Origin: an uncultured Acidobacteriota bacterium
Lineage (GTDB): Bacteria; Acidobacteriota; Thermoanaerobaculia; Multivoradales; UBA5704
Reading direction: 5' to 3'
DNA: 64,000 nucleotides
NCBI GenBank assembly: GCA_963700145.1
Contig: OY969474.1
Coordinates: 2,304,001 to 2,368,000, forward strand
The notes under the pieces were generated by a model, which was not told the DNA's origin, did no database searches, and saw only the letters and a program-made list of their open reading frames with translations. The translations under genes and the position numbers were made by a program. Positions 18,053 through 26,395 of the stretch are shown piece after piece (within the stretch, counting starts at the first letter, position 1; every line of letters starts with the position of its first letter).

Positions 18053-20369
18053 TTCGTAACGCCAGGATGGTCGCTGCGAACGACCCTGTGAAGAAGAAGG
18101 CCCAGCCGACCAGCCAACCGATCGGGCGGTAGTCGAGAAGCACGCGGTGTTGGCCTGCGGGGACGGCGAAGGCTAGAAAAGCTCCGTTGGCGCGGAGGAG
18201 GGAAAGGGGGTTGCCGTCTAGCGTGGCGCGCCAGCCGCGGGCTTGGCTGACGCTTGAGACCACTACCCCACCCAGCCCTTCCACGGTCAGCTCGAAGCCG
18301 TTCGGTCGCACGCGGAGAATCCGTACCGCGCCGCGTTGCGCGCCTGCGCGTGGCGTTCCCTCGACCGCAGCTGTCGCAGCGAAGTCCGGGTTGGCGCGAG
18401 CGCGGGCCAGGGCTTCCTGTTGGCCTCCTACCTGCTCGACATTCGCCGGCATGAAGAAGAGCGGCAGGGCTTCCGGGTTCTCCCACACTCGCCCGCCTTG
18501 GTGGTTGAAGACGGAACGCCAGGGAAGTGGGACGCGGGCACGGTGGCGGGTCAGGAGGTAGCGGACGGAGAGGTAGTTCTCGAGTGCCGGGTCGCGGCGG
18601 GGGCCGTGGAGGACTAGGCGGCCTACTTTGTGGTGGGGGCGTAGGCGGGTGCCGATGAGGGCGCTGGGGGCGGCGGGGGACATGGGGTCGTGGGCACGGG
18701 CGTCCCAGATGCCGTCTAGGGAGGCGAGGTTGGGCATCAGGTCGCGGCCGTCGGCGAGGACGCGGTGGGGCGGGCCCTCGCGGGCGCGATCGGCGAGCCA
18801 GGCGACGACGGGGGGCGGGGAGAGGTCGAAGCGCGGGTCGAGGGCGGGGTGGAAGCGGACGCCTAGGAGGAAGAGCTCGACGGCGAGCGCGGCGAGCGCC
18901 ACCTTCGGGAAGGCGGGGCGGAGGCGGGGGACGAGCAGCGCGGCGAGGCAGGCCGCCGCGCCGGCGAGGGCGGCCAGCCACCAGGCGCGGGTCCACGGCG
19001 AGTCTCCGGGCGGCGGCAGCGCGGCGACCGCGATGCCGAGGAGGGCGAAGACGAGGGCGCCCGAGATCACGCCGCCGCGGCGACGGGTAAGAGCCTCGAG
19101 GCTGAGGCCGGCCGCGATGGCCACGGCCAGCACCCAGAGGAGGCGCAGGCGGCCGTGGGCGCCGTGGCCTAGGAGCGGCAACGTCTCCATCACTTGGAAG
19201 AACGGCGGCACGCGCAAGGCGGCGGCGAGGGCCGCGCCCCCGGCGAGGAGGATCGCCAGCACTCGGCCGCGCAGCACGACCGCGCCCGCGATCGCCACCG
19301 CTAGCGCGGCCAAGCCCGCCCAGACGGTGCACAGCTCGTTGAAATTACTTCGGCCCGGCCCTTGCCACGTCCTCTCCCGCGGGCTGCCGTGAACGAGCGG
19401 CTGAAGAACAGGTAGGTGGGTCGCGGGTGACGGCGGGCCGGGCTTGACGATGTTCGGGTTGCGGTGCACCGCTTCCCAGCGCTCGCTCTCCGCCAGCGTC
19501 TCGACGAACGGCAGGAGCGCCGGCGCGGACAGCGCGAAGGTGAGGGCCGCCGCCGCGGCGAGGCGGGCGAGGAAGCGGAGCCGCCCTGCCTCTTTCGCGA
19601 GCAGCAGCGCGACCGTCACTGCCGCGCTCGCCAGCGCGGCGTTGGCGAGGCTCTCAGGGTGCCCGGCGAGGGTCGCCGCGGTGGCGCAGGCGACCAGACC
19701 GGCGAAGCCGCCGCGCTCGCCGCGCCGGAGGAGGACCACACCCAGCAGCACGCCCGGCACCCACGCCGCGACCGCGCCGAGTGGGTGGTAGGCCCAGGCT
19801 ACGGCGTAGCTCGACAGCGCGAAGGCGATGGCGCCGAAGGCGGCGCCGACGCCGCCGGCTCCGAGCCGCAGCAGCAACGCATGCGTGAGGAGGAGCCCGA
19901 CGAGCATCTGCCAGGCGGCGGTCACTGTCAGCGCCGCGAGCGCCGGCCGCGGCAGGGCCAGCAGGTGGAGCGGCGCGAACGGCGCCGACTGGGCGTTGCC
20001 GAGGAGCGGCTGCCCGGTCCCCAGCTCGTGCGCCCAGAGCGGCGCCTCGCCGGCCAGCAGGCGCGCCCGCACTAGGCTGCGGAACGGGAGCATCTGGAGC
20101 GGAACGTCGGAGAGGGTCGGGTTGCCCGGCCGGACCGGCTCCTCCAGCGTCTCCTTCCACGGCAGGTGGAGGTAGGCGATGTCCGTCGCCGCCTGGCTCG
20201 CCGGGGTGGCGAGCGGCACGGCGTAGAAGGCGAAGGCCAGGAGGAGATACCCGCCGGCGCCCCGCCAAGACACCTCCGGCCGCCACCACCGCGCCAGCGC
20301 GCCGAGGAGCAGCCCGCCGGCCAGGAACAGGAGGACGTCGATGCCGAAGACTTTACAGCAGGCCCACAA
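17997..20369 (-). CDS. YfhO-family membrane protein (GT-C-like glycosyltransferase)
   Basis: PLWAHELGTGQPLLGNAQSAPFAP, LAGHPE, many TM segments, C-terminal GWRATLDG...RANGAFLAFAVPAGQHRVLLDYRP. Start codon is uncertain. Confidence 0.85.
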   Translation of the reverse strand: MWACCKVFGIDVLLFLAGGLLLGALARWWRPEVSWRGAGGYLLLAFAFYAVPLATPASQAATDIAYLHLPWKETLEEPVRPGNPTLSDVPLQMLPFRSLVRARLLAGEAPLWAHELGTGQPLLGNAQSAPFAPLHLLALPRPALAALTVTAAWQMLVGLLLTHALLLRLGAGGVGAAFGAIAFALSSYAVAWAYHPLGAVAAWVPGVLLGVVLLRRGERGGFAGLVACATAATLAGHPESLANAALASAAVTVALLLAKEAGRLRFLARLAAAAALTFALSAPALLPFVETLAESERWEAVHRNPNIVKPGPPSPATHLPVLQPLVHGSPRERTWQGPGRSNFNELCTVWAGLAALAVAIAGAVVLRGRVLAILLAGGAALAAALRVPPFFQVMETLPLLGHGAHGRLRLLWVLAVAIAAGLSLEALTRRRGGVISGALVFALLGIAVAALPPPGDSPWTRAWWLAALAGAAACLAALLVPRLRPAFPKVALAALAVELFLLGVRFHPALDPRFDLSPPPVVAWLADRAREGPPHRVLADGRDLMPNLASLDGIWDARAHDPMSPAAPSALIGTRLRPHHKVGRLVLHGPRRDPALENYLSVRYLLTRHRARVPLPWRSVFNHQGGRVWENPEALPLFFMPANVEQVGGQQEALARARANPDFAATAAVEGTPRAGAQRGAVRILRVRPNGFELTVEGLGGVVVSSVSQARGWRATLDGNPLSLLRANGAFLAFAVPAGQHRVLLDYRPIGWLVGWAFFFTGSFAATILALRSRSRGAAPGKLFASAGKT

Positions 20370-20385
20370 CGTCTCACGAAGAGGA

Positions 20386-20718
20386 CGGAAGGCTTCAGAG
20401 GCAGCCGAGGAAGCTTCCCGACGAGCTGCGGAGGCTTCCCGAGGCGGTCCGGACGCTTCCGGACTCGGTGCGGAAGCTTCCGCAGGTGAACGAGAAGCTT
20501 CCGGACCCGGTGCGGAAGCTTCCGGAGGTGGACGGGAAGCCTCCGGAGGTCGACGGGAAGCATCCCGGGGTGGTCCGGAAGCTTCCTGAGGAGGTCCGGA
20601 AGCCTCCCGAGGCGATCCGGAAGCTTTCGGAGGCGGTCCGGAAGGCTCCTGAGGCGATCCGGAAGCCTCTCGAGGAGGTCTGAAAGGCTTCGGAGGCGGT
20701 CCGGAAGCTTTCGGAGGC
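20386..20718. repeat. Tandem array of about 16 degenerate 21-bp units with palindromic core CCGGAAGCTTCCGG
   Basis: Intergenic. Units such as GCGGAAGCTTCCGGAGGTGGA / CCGGAAGCTTCCTGAGGAGGT / CCGGAAGCTTTCGGAGGCGGT keep a 21-bp period. Confidence 0.88.
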
Positions 20719-20734
20719 CCCGCGGCGCCCTCCT

Positions 20735-21676
20735 CTACTCGGGCGGTTCCCCCGCCTGGTCGAGGAGATAGCTCACGGGCACGAAGCGATAGCCCAGCTC
20801 CTGGGCGCGGGGGACTTCGCGGGCGAGGGTTTCCAGCGTCGCGGGGTAGGGGTGGCCGATGGCGATGGCGGCGCCGCGCTGGCGGGCGAGGGCGAGGAGG
20901 CGGGCGAACTCGCGGCGGATGGACGGGGCGGCGGGGTCGGTGTCGAGGAAGACCTGGCGCTCGGCGGCCGGCACGCCGAGGGTGCGCGCCAGCCGGTAGC
21001 CGACGCTCCGCGGGCTGGTGCGCGAGTCGAGGTAGAAGAGGCCGTGCCGCGAGAGGACGCCCAGGATCGACTCCATCGAGCCCGGGTCGGCCGAGAGGCC
21101 GGAGCCCATGTGGTTGTTGACCCCGACCGCGCCGGGGACGGCCGCCAGCGCCGCCTCGGTCGAGGCCTCCAGCTCCGCCGCCGCCATTCCCAATCGCAGC
21201 GCGCCCGGGCCGGGGTCCTGGCCGTTGACCGGCTCCATCGGCAGGTGGCAGAGGACCTCTTCCCCCCGCTCCTTGAGCGCCGCCACGACCGCGGGCGTCT
21301 GCTCCGCGTACGGCAGGACGGCGTACGAGATCGGCACGCCGAGCCGCTCCAGCGCCTCCAGCTCCTCGAGGCGTTCCCCGAGGTCGTCGATGACCAGGGC
21401 GACGTGCGCGCCGTCGCCGGGCTCGATAGGGATCTCGGCGGCCGGCGGCGCGTCCTCCTCACCGGTGCCCTCGCCGCGCGGGGCGGTTGTCTCGCCCTCA
21501 CGCTCGGCGCCGGGGCCGGTGGAGGGCTCGGTCTCGCGGTCCCGCCCCTCGGCGTCCTCCCGCGCCCGGCATCCGGCCGTATAGAAGAGGTAGCCGGCCC
21601 CGGCGAGGACCACCAGCAGCAGGAGGAGGCGGGCGATGGGGTGCCGCGTCCGGCGGCGGGAGCGGCGGCGCGTCAC
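20735..21676 (-). CDS. Divergent polysaccharide deacetylase (YibQ/DUF610)
   Basis: ALVIDDLG, HLPMEP, GVNNHMGS, LDSRT, VFLD and AIAIGHPYP motifs. Confidence 0.93.
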   Translation of the reverse strand: MTRRRSRRRTRHPIARLLLLLVVLAGAGYLFYTAGCRAREDAEGRDRETEPSTGPGAEREGETTAPRGEGTGEEDAPPAAEIPIEPGDGAHVALVIDDLGERLEELEALERLGVPISYAVLPYAEQTPAVVAALKERGEEVLCHLPMEPVNGQDPGPGALRLGMAAAELEASTEAALAAVPGAVGVNNHMGSGLSADPGSMESILGVLSRHGLFYLDSRTSPRSVGYRLARTLGVPAAERQVFLDTDPAAPSIRREFARLLALARQRGAAIAIGHPYPATLETLAREVPRAQELGYRFVPVSYLLDQAGEPPE

Positions 21677-21739
21677 GGCGGGGGGACGAAGGGGACGGCG
21701 GCCTGCGGAAGCTGGCGGGCGCGGTTCGCTGACAGCCCG

Positions 21740-22915
21740 TTAGGCCGCCGCCTTGGCCTCTTCGTCCTCGCCACGCAGGTGGCGGAGCCCGCGGCGGAGG
21801 ATCAGCTCTTCGATCGGCGTGTCCTTCTCGAGGAAGGTGCGGCTGCGCTCGTCGACGCGGACGTCGGGCTGCAGGCCGTCGTCGATCGCCGTGCCGTCGG
21901 GGCCGGTGTAGAAGGCGTCGGTGAAGAACAGGCGCCCGCGCGACGACAGCTCGACCGCGGCCGGGCGGCCGGCGTGGCCGAAGGTCGGCTCGCCGACCAG
22001 CTCGGCGGCGGCCCGCTGGCGCAGGACGGTGGCCAGGACCTCGGCCGGTCCGAGGGTGCCGCGGTCGACCAGCACCACGATCTTCCCCTGCCAGAGCGGC
22101 GCCTCGTCGCCGGTGAAGCCGGCCTTCCGCTCCCCCTTCTGGAGGAGGGAGCCGAGCTCGCCGCGGGCGAAGAGCTTCGCCACGTCGTACGCCGCCTCGA
22201 CCTCGCCGCCGCCGACCTGGCGCAGGTCGACCAGGAGCTGCCGCTCGGCGCCGATCGGCCCGAGCGCCGCGCGCACCTGGCCGGCGGTCTCGGCGTGGAA
22301 GGACGGGATGCGCAGCAGCGCCGTCCCTTCCACCCGCTCCAGCGCCGCTCCCGGGTTGTCGAAGCGGCGCAGCTCGAAGGTCACCTGCTGCGGCTCGCCG
22401 AGGCGGATCAGCTCGAGCTCGATCTTGGTGCCCGGCGCCGCGGCCAGCAGCTCCTGCACCTCCCAGAGCGGCATCAGCCGGGTCGAGCGCCCGCCGATCT
22501 CGGAGACGATGTCCCCGGCCTTGACCCCGGCCGCCTGCGCCGGGCTCCCCTTCTCCGCCGAGACGACGTAGGCGACGCCGCGCTCCTTGAGCAGCTCGAG
22601 GCCGCTGTGGAGGCGGCCGATGGCGCGCGCCTTTTGGTAGGACTCGACGTGGCGGGCCGGGACGTAGATCGAGAAGGGGTCGAGGGCGTCGGTGGTGCCG
22701 TCGAGGGCGCCGGCCATCAGCATCTCGACCTCGGGCGCCTCGACGTAGGCCTGCCGCACGTGCGTCAGCACCTCGCTGAAAACCGAGAGGTACTTGTAGA
22801 AGGAGTCCTCCTGCGGCGCCTTCTCCCGCTCGGCGGCGCCGAGCAGCGTGCCGGTCAGGATGGGCAGCACCAGGGCCGCGGAGACGAGGAGGAAGAAGAG
22901 CCGGACTCGAGTCAT
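21740..22915 (-). CDS. S41/CtpA-like PDZ protease homologue (catalytic residues degenerate)
   Basis: LDPFSIY, a PDZ domain (GSPAQAAGVKAGD), LVDLR, VVLVDRGT..AE, LVGEPTFG and GLQPDV; lies between envC and yibQ. Confidence 0.85.
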   Translation of the reverse strand: MTRVRLFFLLVSAALVLPILTGTLLGAAEREKAPQEDSFYKYLSVFSEVLTHVRQAYVEAPEVEMLMAGALDGTTDALDPFSIYVPARHVESYQKARAIGRLHSGLELLKERGVAYVVSAEKGSPAQAAGVKAGDIVSEIGGRSTRLMPLWEVQELLAAAPGTKIELELIRLGEPQQVTFELRRFDNPGAALERVEGTALLRIPSFHAETAGQVRAALGPIGAERQLLVDLRQVGGGEVEAAYDVAKLFARGELGSLLQKGERKAGFTGDEAPLWQGKIVVLVDRGTLGPAEVLATVLRQRAAAELVGEPTFGHAGRPAAVELSSRGRLFFTDAFYTGPDGTAIDDGLQPDVRVDERSRTFLEKDTPIEELILRRGLRHLRGEDEEAKAAA

Positions 22916-24063
22916 GGTGAGCGCAACCAGGTCAGTGGGTTTTCGGGGCGGTTCTCGACGCGGATCTCGAAGTAGAGCTTGCTGGAAGAGGCTCCCAGAA
23001 CATCGCCCAAGCGTACCATAGCTCCCTGCTCCGTCCGCAGCGCGGAGAGCCCGGCGTAGAGGGTGAAGACGCGCCCCGGATGGTGCACGACGACGGTCGT
23101 CCCGTAGCCCTCGAAGGGGGCGGCGAAGAGGACCTTGCCGGCGAAGACCGCGCGCACTTCCGACCCCGCGGTCGTGGCGAGTGAGACGCCGTTGTGCGGC
23201 ACCCGTGTGCGGTAGCGTGGGTCGAGCCGCGGCCCGAAGCCGGCGATGACGTCGCCGCGCACCGGCCAGTCGAGCACCCCCTTGAAGCGCTGCAGCGGGC
23301 GGCCGGCGAGGCGCTCCGGGTTGCGGCCGTAGAGGAGGTCGAGGAACTCGGCGAGCTGCGCCACCTTACGCTCGAGGTCGCCGGCGCGGGCGGCGAGGAC
23401 GCCGCGCTCGCGCTCGGCGGCGTCGAGGAGGCCGGCCTGGCGGCGGCGGGCCGAGAGGAGGTAGAGGCGGCGGCCGCTCTCGCGCGCGATCCAGGTCTCC
23501 AGCTCGGCGCGCTGGGCGAGGAGGGCGCGGCGCTCGGTTTCGAGACGCGCGCGGGCGGCGGTGTGGCGGTCGATCGCGGCGCGGTCGCGGCGCGCGAGGT
23601 AGCGCACCCAGCGGACGGCGGGGACGACCTCGGAGGCCGGGCGCATCGAGAGGAGGAGCCGCAGGTAGCCCTGGCGGCCGAGCCGGTAGAGACCGGTCAA
23701 GCGCCGGCGGAGGTCGCGCCGGCTGGCGGCGAGCGCCGCCTCGAGGCGCGCCACCTCGATCTCGCCCGCCCGCACCTTCTGCTCCGCCAGGTCCCGCGCC
23801 GCCGCCGCCTCGGCCAGCCGCCGCGCCTGGAGCTCCAGCTCGAGGTCCGTCGCCGCCAGCTCCCCCCGCAGCCCACTCTGCCGAGCCCGCGCCCCCGCCA
23901 GCCGCGCCTCGATCCGCTGGATCTCCGCGCGAAGCGCCGCCAGCTCCTGCTCGCGCGACGGGGGCTGGGGCGGGGCCTGCGAGGCGATGGGCGCGACGAC
24001 CACGAGCGCCCCGAGCGCGACTGCGACGAGGTTCCTGACGGCGCGCGCCCGCAGCCTGCTCAC
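22912..24063 (-). CDS. envC: Murein hydrolase activator EnvC-like (coiled coil + degenerate M23)
   Basis: GTG at 24063 overlaps the upstream stop. Signal peptide, long coiled coil, LDWPVRG...HNGVSL...TLYAGL...LYFEIR. Confidence 0.85.
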   Translation of the reverse strand: MSRLRARAVRNLVAVALGALVVVAPIASQAPPQPPSREQELAALRAEIQRIEARLAGARARQSGLRGELAATDLELELQARRLAEAAAARDLAEQKVRAGEIEVARLEAALAASRRDLRRRLTGLYRLGRQGYLRLLLSMRPASEVVPAVRWVRYLARRDRAAIDRHTAARARLETERRALLAQRAELETWIARESGRRLYLLSARRRQAGLLDAAERERGVLAARAGDLERKVAQLAEFLDLLYGRNPERLAGRPLQRFKGVLDWPVRGDVIAGFGPRLDPRYRTRVPHNGVSLATTAGSEVRAVFAGKVLFAAPFEGYGTTVVVHHPGRVFTLYAGLSALRTEQGAMVRLGDVLGASSSKLYFEIRVENRPENPLTWLRSP

Positions 24064-26207
24064 CCGCCCTTCTTGAGCAGGCTCCTGCCGTCGAGCTTGG
24101 CGGTGGGCTTGACGCCGTAGAGGTCGAGGAGGGTGGGCATGACGTCGCCCATGTACGCCTCTCGGGTGTCGAGGGGGACGCTGCTGAAGAGGATGCCTTC
24201 GACGAGCGGCGGGTAGACCGAGCAGTGGTCGCCGCTCCAGATCTCGGTGTTGTCCTCGACGACCTCCTTGGCGATGCCGCCCAGGGTGTCCTGCCAGCCG
24301 ACCCGGTAGCCGTCGTTGTTCGAGGGGATCAGGTCTGGGATCAGCTCCGGGTCGTAGACGCCGTAGGCCTCGTCGCGGGTGAAGACGTGCGCCACCGGCT
24401 TTTCGCCGGTGGCCGCGTCGACGTACGCCTCGAGCCCGGCCTTGATCGCCGCCGCCACCTGCTTGTACTCCGCGCCGGGCTTGACGATCCCCTGCGCCTC
24501 GCGCCCCGCCAGGTTGACGTAGATCTGCCCGAGCCCCAGCGCGTAGGCCTTGGTCTTCGACCAGTCGACGTTGACGAAGAAGTCGCCCTGGTCGAAGAGG
24601 TCCTCGAGGTTCTTGCGCTCGGCGTCCTCGCCGGTCAGGGTCATGAAGCCGTTCTTCGCCAGCCAGGTGTTGTAGTTCATGCTGCGGCGGAACGAAGCGA
24701 AGCCGTGGTCGGAGAGGACCATCAGGCGCGTCCCTTGCGGCATGCGCTTCATCACCTCGCCGACGATCGCGTCCATTTGCTGGTATGCGGCGAGGATCGA
24801 GCCCCCCCACTTGGCCGCCCCCTCCGGCGTGTAAAGCGGGTGCTTGGGATCGAAGAAGCGGAACATCATGTGCTGGACGCGGTCGGTGAACTCGAAGTAA
24901 TCGACCAGCACGTCCCAGTCGTCGTCCTCGAGCAGGCCGAAAAGCATCTCCTTGTCCTTCGCCACCGTCTGCGCCACGTCCTCCAGGAAGAGCTTCTCGT
25001 CCGCGGTGCCGTTCGAGAGCGACCAGGTGTCGATCGTCCACCCCTTCGTCTTGAAGAGGCCGAAGCGGTCCGTCAGCTCGTCCACCCACTTCCCCGGGAA
25101 GGTGATGTCGAGCCCGGGCGGCAGGTTCTCCGGATCGAACTCGATGGGCGAAAGGTACAGCCGCACCTCGGGGTCGAGCGACAAGAGGCGGAACTTGCCG
25201 ATCCCGTGCGCCTTGATGACCGGGTTGAAGGGGAAGGTGAAGCGCACCCAGTCGCTCCACTCGCCGGGCTTCAGGGCGAGCTCGGTGCCGGAGACCGCGA
25301 TCTCGAGGCGCGAGCGGTCCTCGGGCACCGTCAGGGTCATCGGGATGACGACGTAGTCACTCTGGTCGGGGAAGAGCTCGTTCGGCGGCCCCTTGATCTC
25401 GGTCTCGATGACGCCGCGGTTGTCCACCAGCTCCACCACCTCGACCGAGAAGTCGCCGCCCCCCTTGGGGGTGAAGAAGAGCTCGGAGGTGAAGTAGAAG
25501 GGCTTGCCGATCCGCCCCGACATGTCGGGCGTGCCGAGGCCGGTCAGCAGCTCGCCGTGCTCGTAGGGCTTGGGCGGGAAGGTCACCGGCATGCGCAGCA
25601 CGCGCACCCGCGTGCCCCCCTTGCCGAGAAGCTCCCAGAAGGTCTCCCCCTGCCGGCGATTGATCGCCAGCGGCCGCTCCTTGGGCAGGTAGCGCGCCGC
25701 GGCGACGCCGGCGCCGACGCCGGCGGCGACGGCGACGACCGCGACGACGATGGCGGCCAGGCGCGTCCGCACGCGGAAGAGCTTGAGGACCAGGAAGAGG
25801 AGGAGCGCGAGCGCCAGCGCCAGCAGCGGGCCGAGGAGCCAGGGCGTCTTCTCACCCCAGAGGAAGGGCGCCTTCCCCTCGTCGTACATGGCGAAGCTCG
25901 GCTTGTAGGTCGCGGTGTCGCGCTTCAGGAAGTCGAAGATGGCGTGCCGGCCGGGGTTGAGGCCCGTCGCGAAGGTGGACCAGGAGACCGGCGTCTGCGA
26001 CGGGATCGTCGAGCGCAGCGGGCTGAAGCTCCCCTGATCGCGCAGCTGGGCGAGGTGCGGCAGCTTCCCTTCGGCCATCCACTGGCGGGTGAGGTCGGCG
26101 TCGACGCCGTCGAAGCCGAGGACGATGGTCTTCGGTGGATCGGCGGCGAGGGCCGGGACGGCCATCAGGAGCAGAGCTGCAAGCGGGAGAGAGTGTCGTC
26201 TGAGCAT
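24060..26207 (-). CDS. Alkaline phosphatase superfamily / type I phosphodiesterase protein
   Basis: VLGFDGVD, STIPSQTPVSWSTFATG.NPGRHAIFDF, TDRVQH, LSDHGF and WSGDH motifs. Confidence 0.9.
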   Translation of the reverse strand: MLRRHSLPLAALLLMAVPALAADPPKTIVLGFDGVDADLTRQWMAEGKLPHLAQLRDQGSFSPLRSTIPSQTPVSWSTFATGLNPGRHAIFDFLKRDTATYKPSFAMYDEGKAPFLWGEKTPWLLGPLLALALALLLFLVLKLFRVRTRLAAIVVAVVAVAAGVGAGVAAARYLPKERPLAINRRQGETFWELLGKGGTRVRVLRMPVTFPPKPYEHGELLTGLGTPDMSGRIGKPFYFTSELFFTPKGGGDFSVEVVELVDNRGVIETEIKGPPNELFPDQSDYVVIPMTLTVPEDRSRLEIAVSGTELALKPGEWSDWVRFTFPFNPVIKAHGIGKFRLLSLDPEVRLYLSPIEFDPENLPPGLDITFPGKWVDELTDRFGLFKTKGWTIDTWSLSNGTADEKLFLEDVAQTVAKDKEMLFGLLEDDDWDVLVDYFEFTDRVQHMMFRFFDPKHPLYTPEGAAKWGGSILAAYQQMDAIVGEVMKRMPQGTRLMVLSDHGFASFRRSMNYNTWLAKNGFMTLTGEDAERKNLEDLFDQGDFFVNVDWSKTKAYALGLGQIYVNLAGREAQGIVKPGAEYKQVAAAIKAGLEAYVDAATGEKPVAHVFTRDEAYGVYDPELIPDLIPSNNDGYRVGWQDTLGGIAKEVVEDNTEIWSGDHCSVYPPLVEGILFSSVPLDTREAYMGDVMPTLLDLYGVKPTAKLDGRSLLKKGG

Positions 26208-26233
26208 CGGTCGCGGAGTATACCGACGCGCTA

Positions 26234-26395
26234 TGTCATCCTGAGCGCAGCGAACCCGCCATCCAGATCAGTTGCCGGCTCCGGCCGGCAGCCTTGCGGG
26301 TAGCGGAGCCCATAATGGGCTCCGCAAGGATCTGGGCGGGGGCCGTTTGGAAGGCCGCCCGCCCACCAGATCCCTCGCTCACGCTCGGGATGACA
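26234..26395. repeat. Composite REP: inverted TGTCATCCTGAGCG.../...CGCTCGGGATGACA arms with a nested GTAG-REP
   Basis: The left arm is split at 26254/26326 by a 71-bp insert containing GTAG followed by the palindrome GCGGAGCCCAT-A-ATGGGCTCCGC. Confidence 0.82.

Noticed and set aside
20386-20718. CRISPR array interpretation of the 21-bp repeats
   Set aside because: Units are contiguous with only about 7 variable bases, the repeats are degenerate, and there are no unique 25-45-bp spacers or cas genes.
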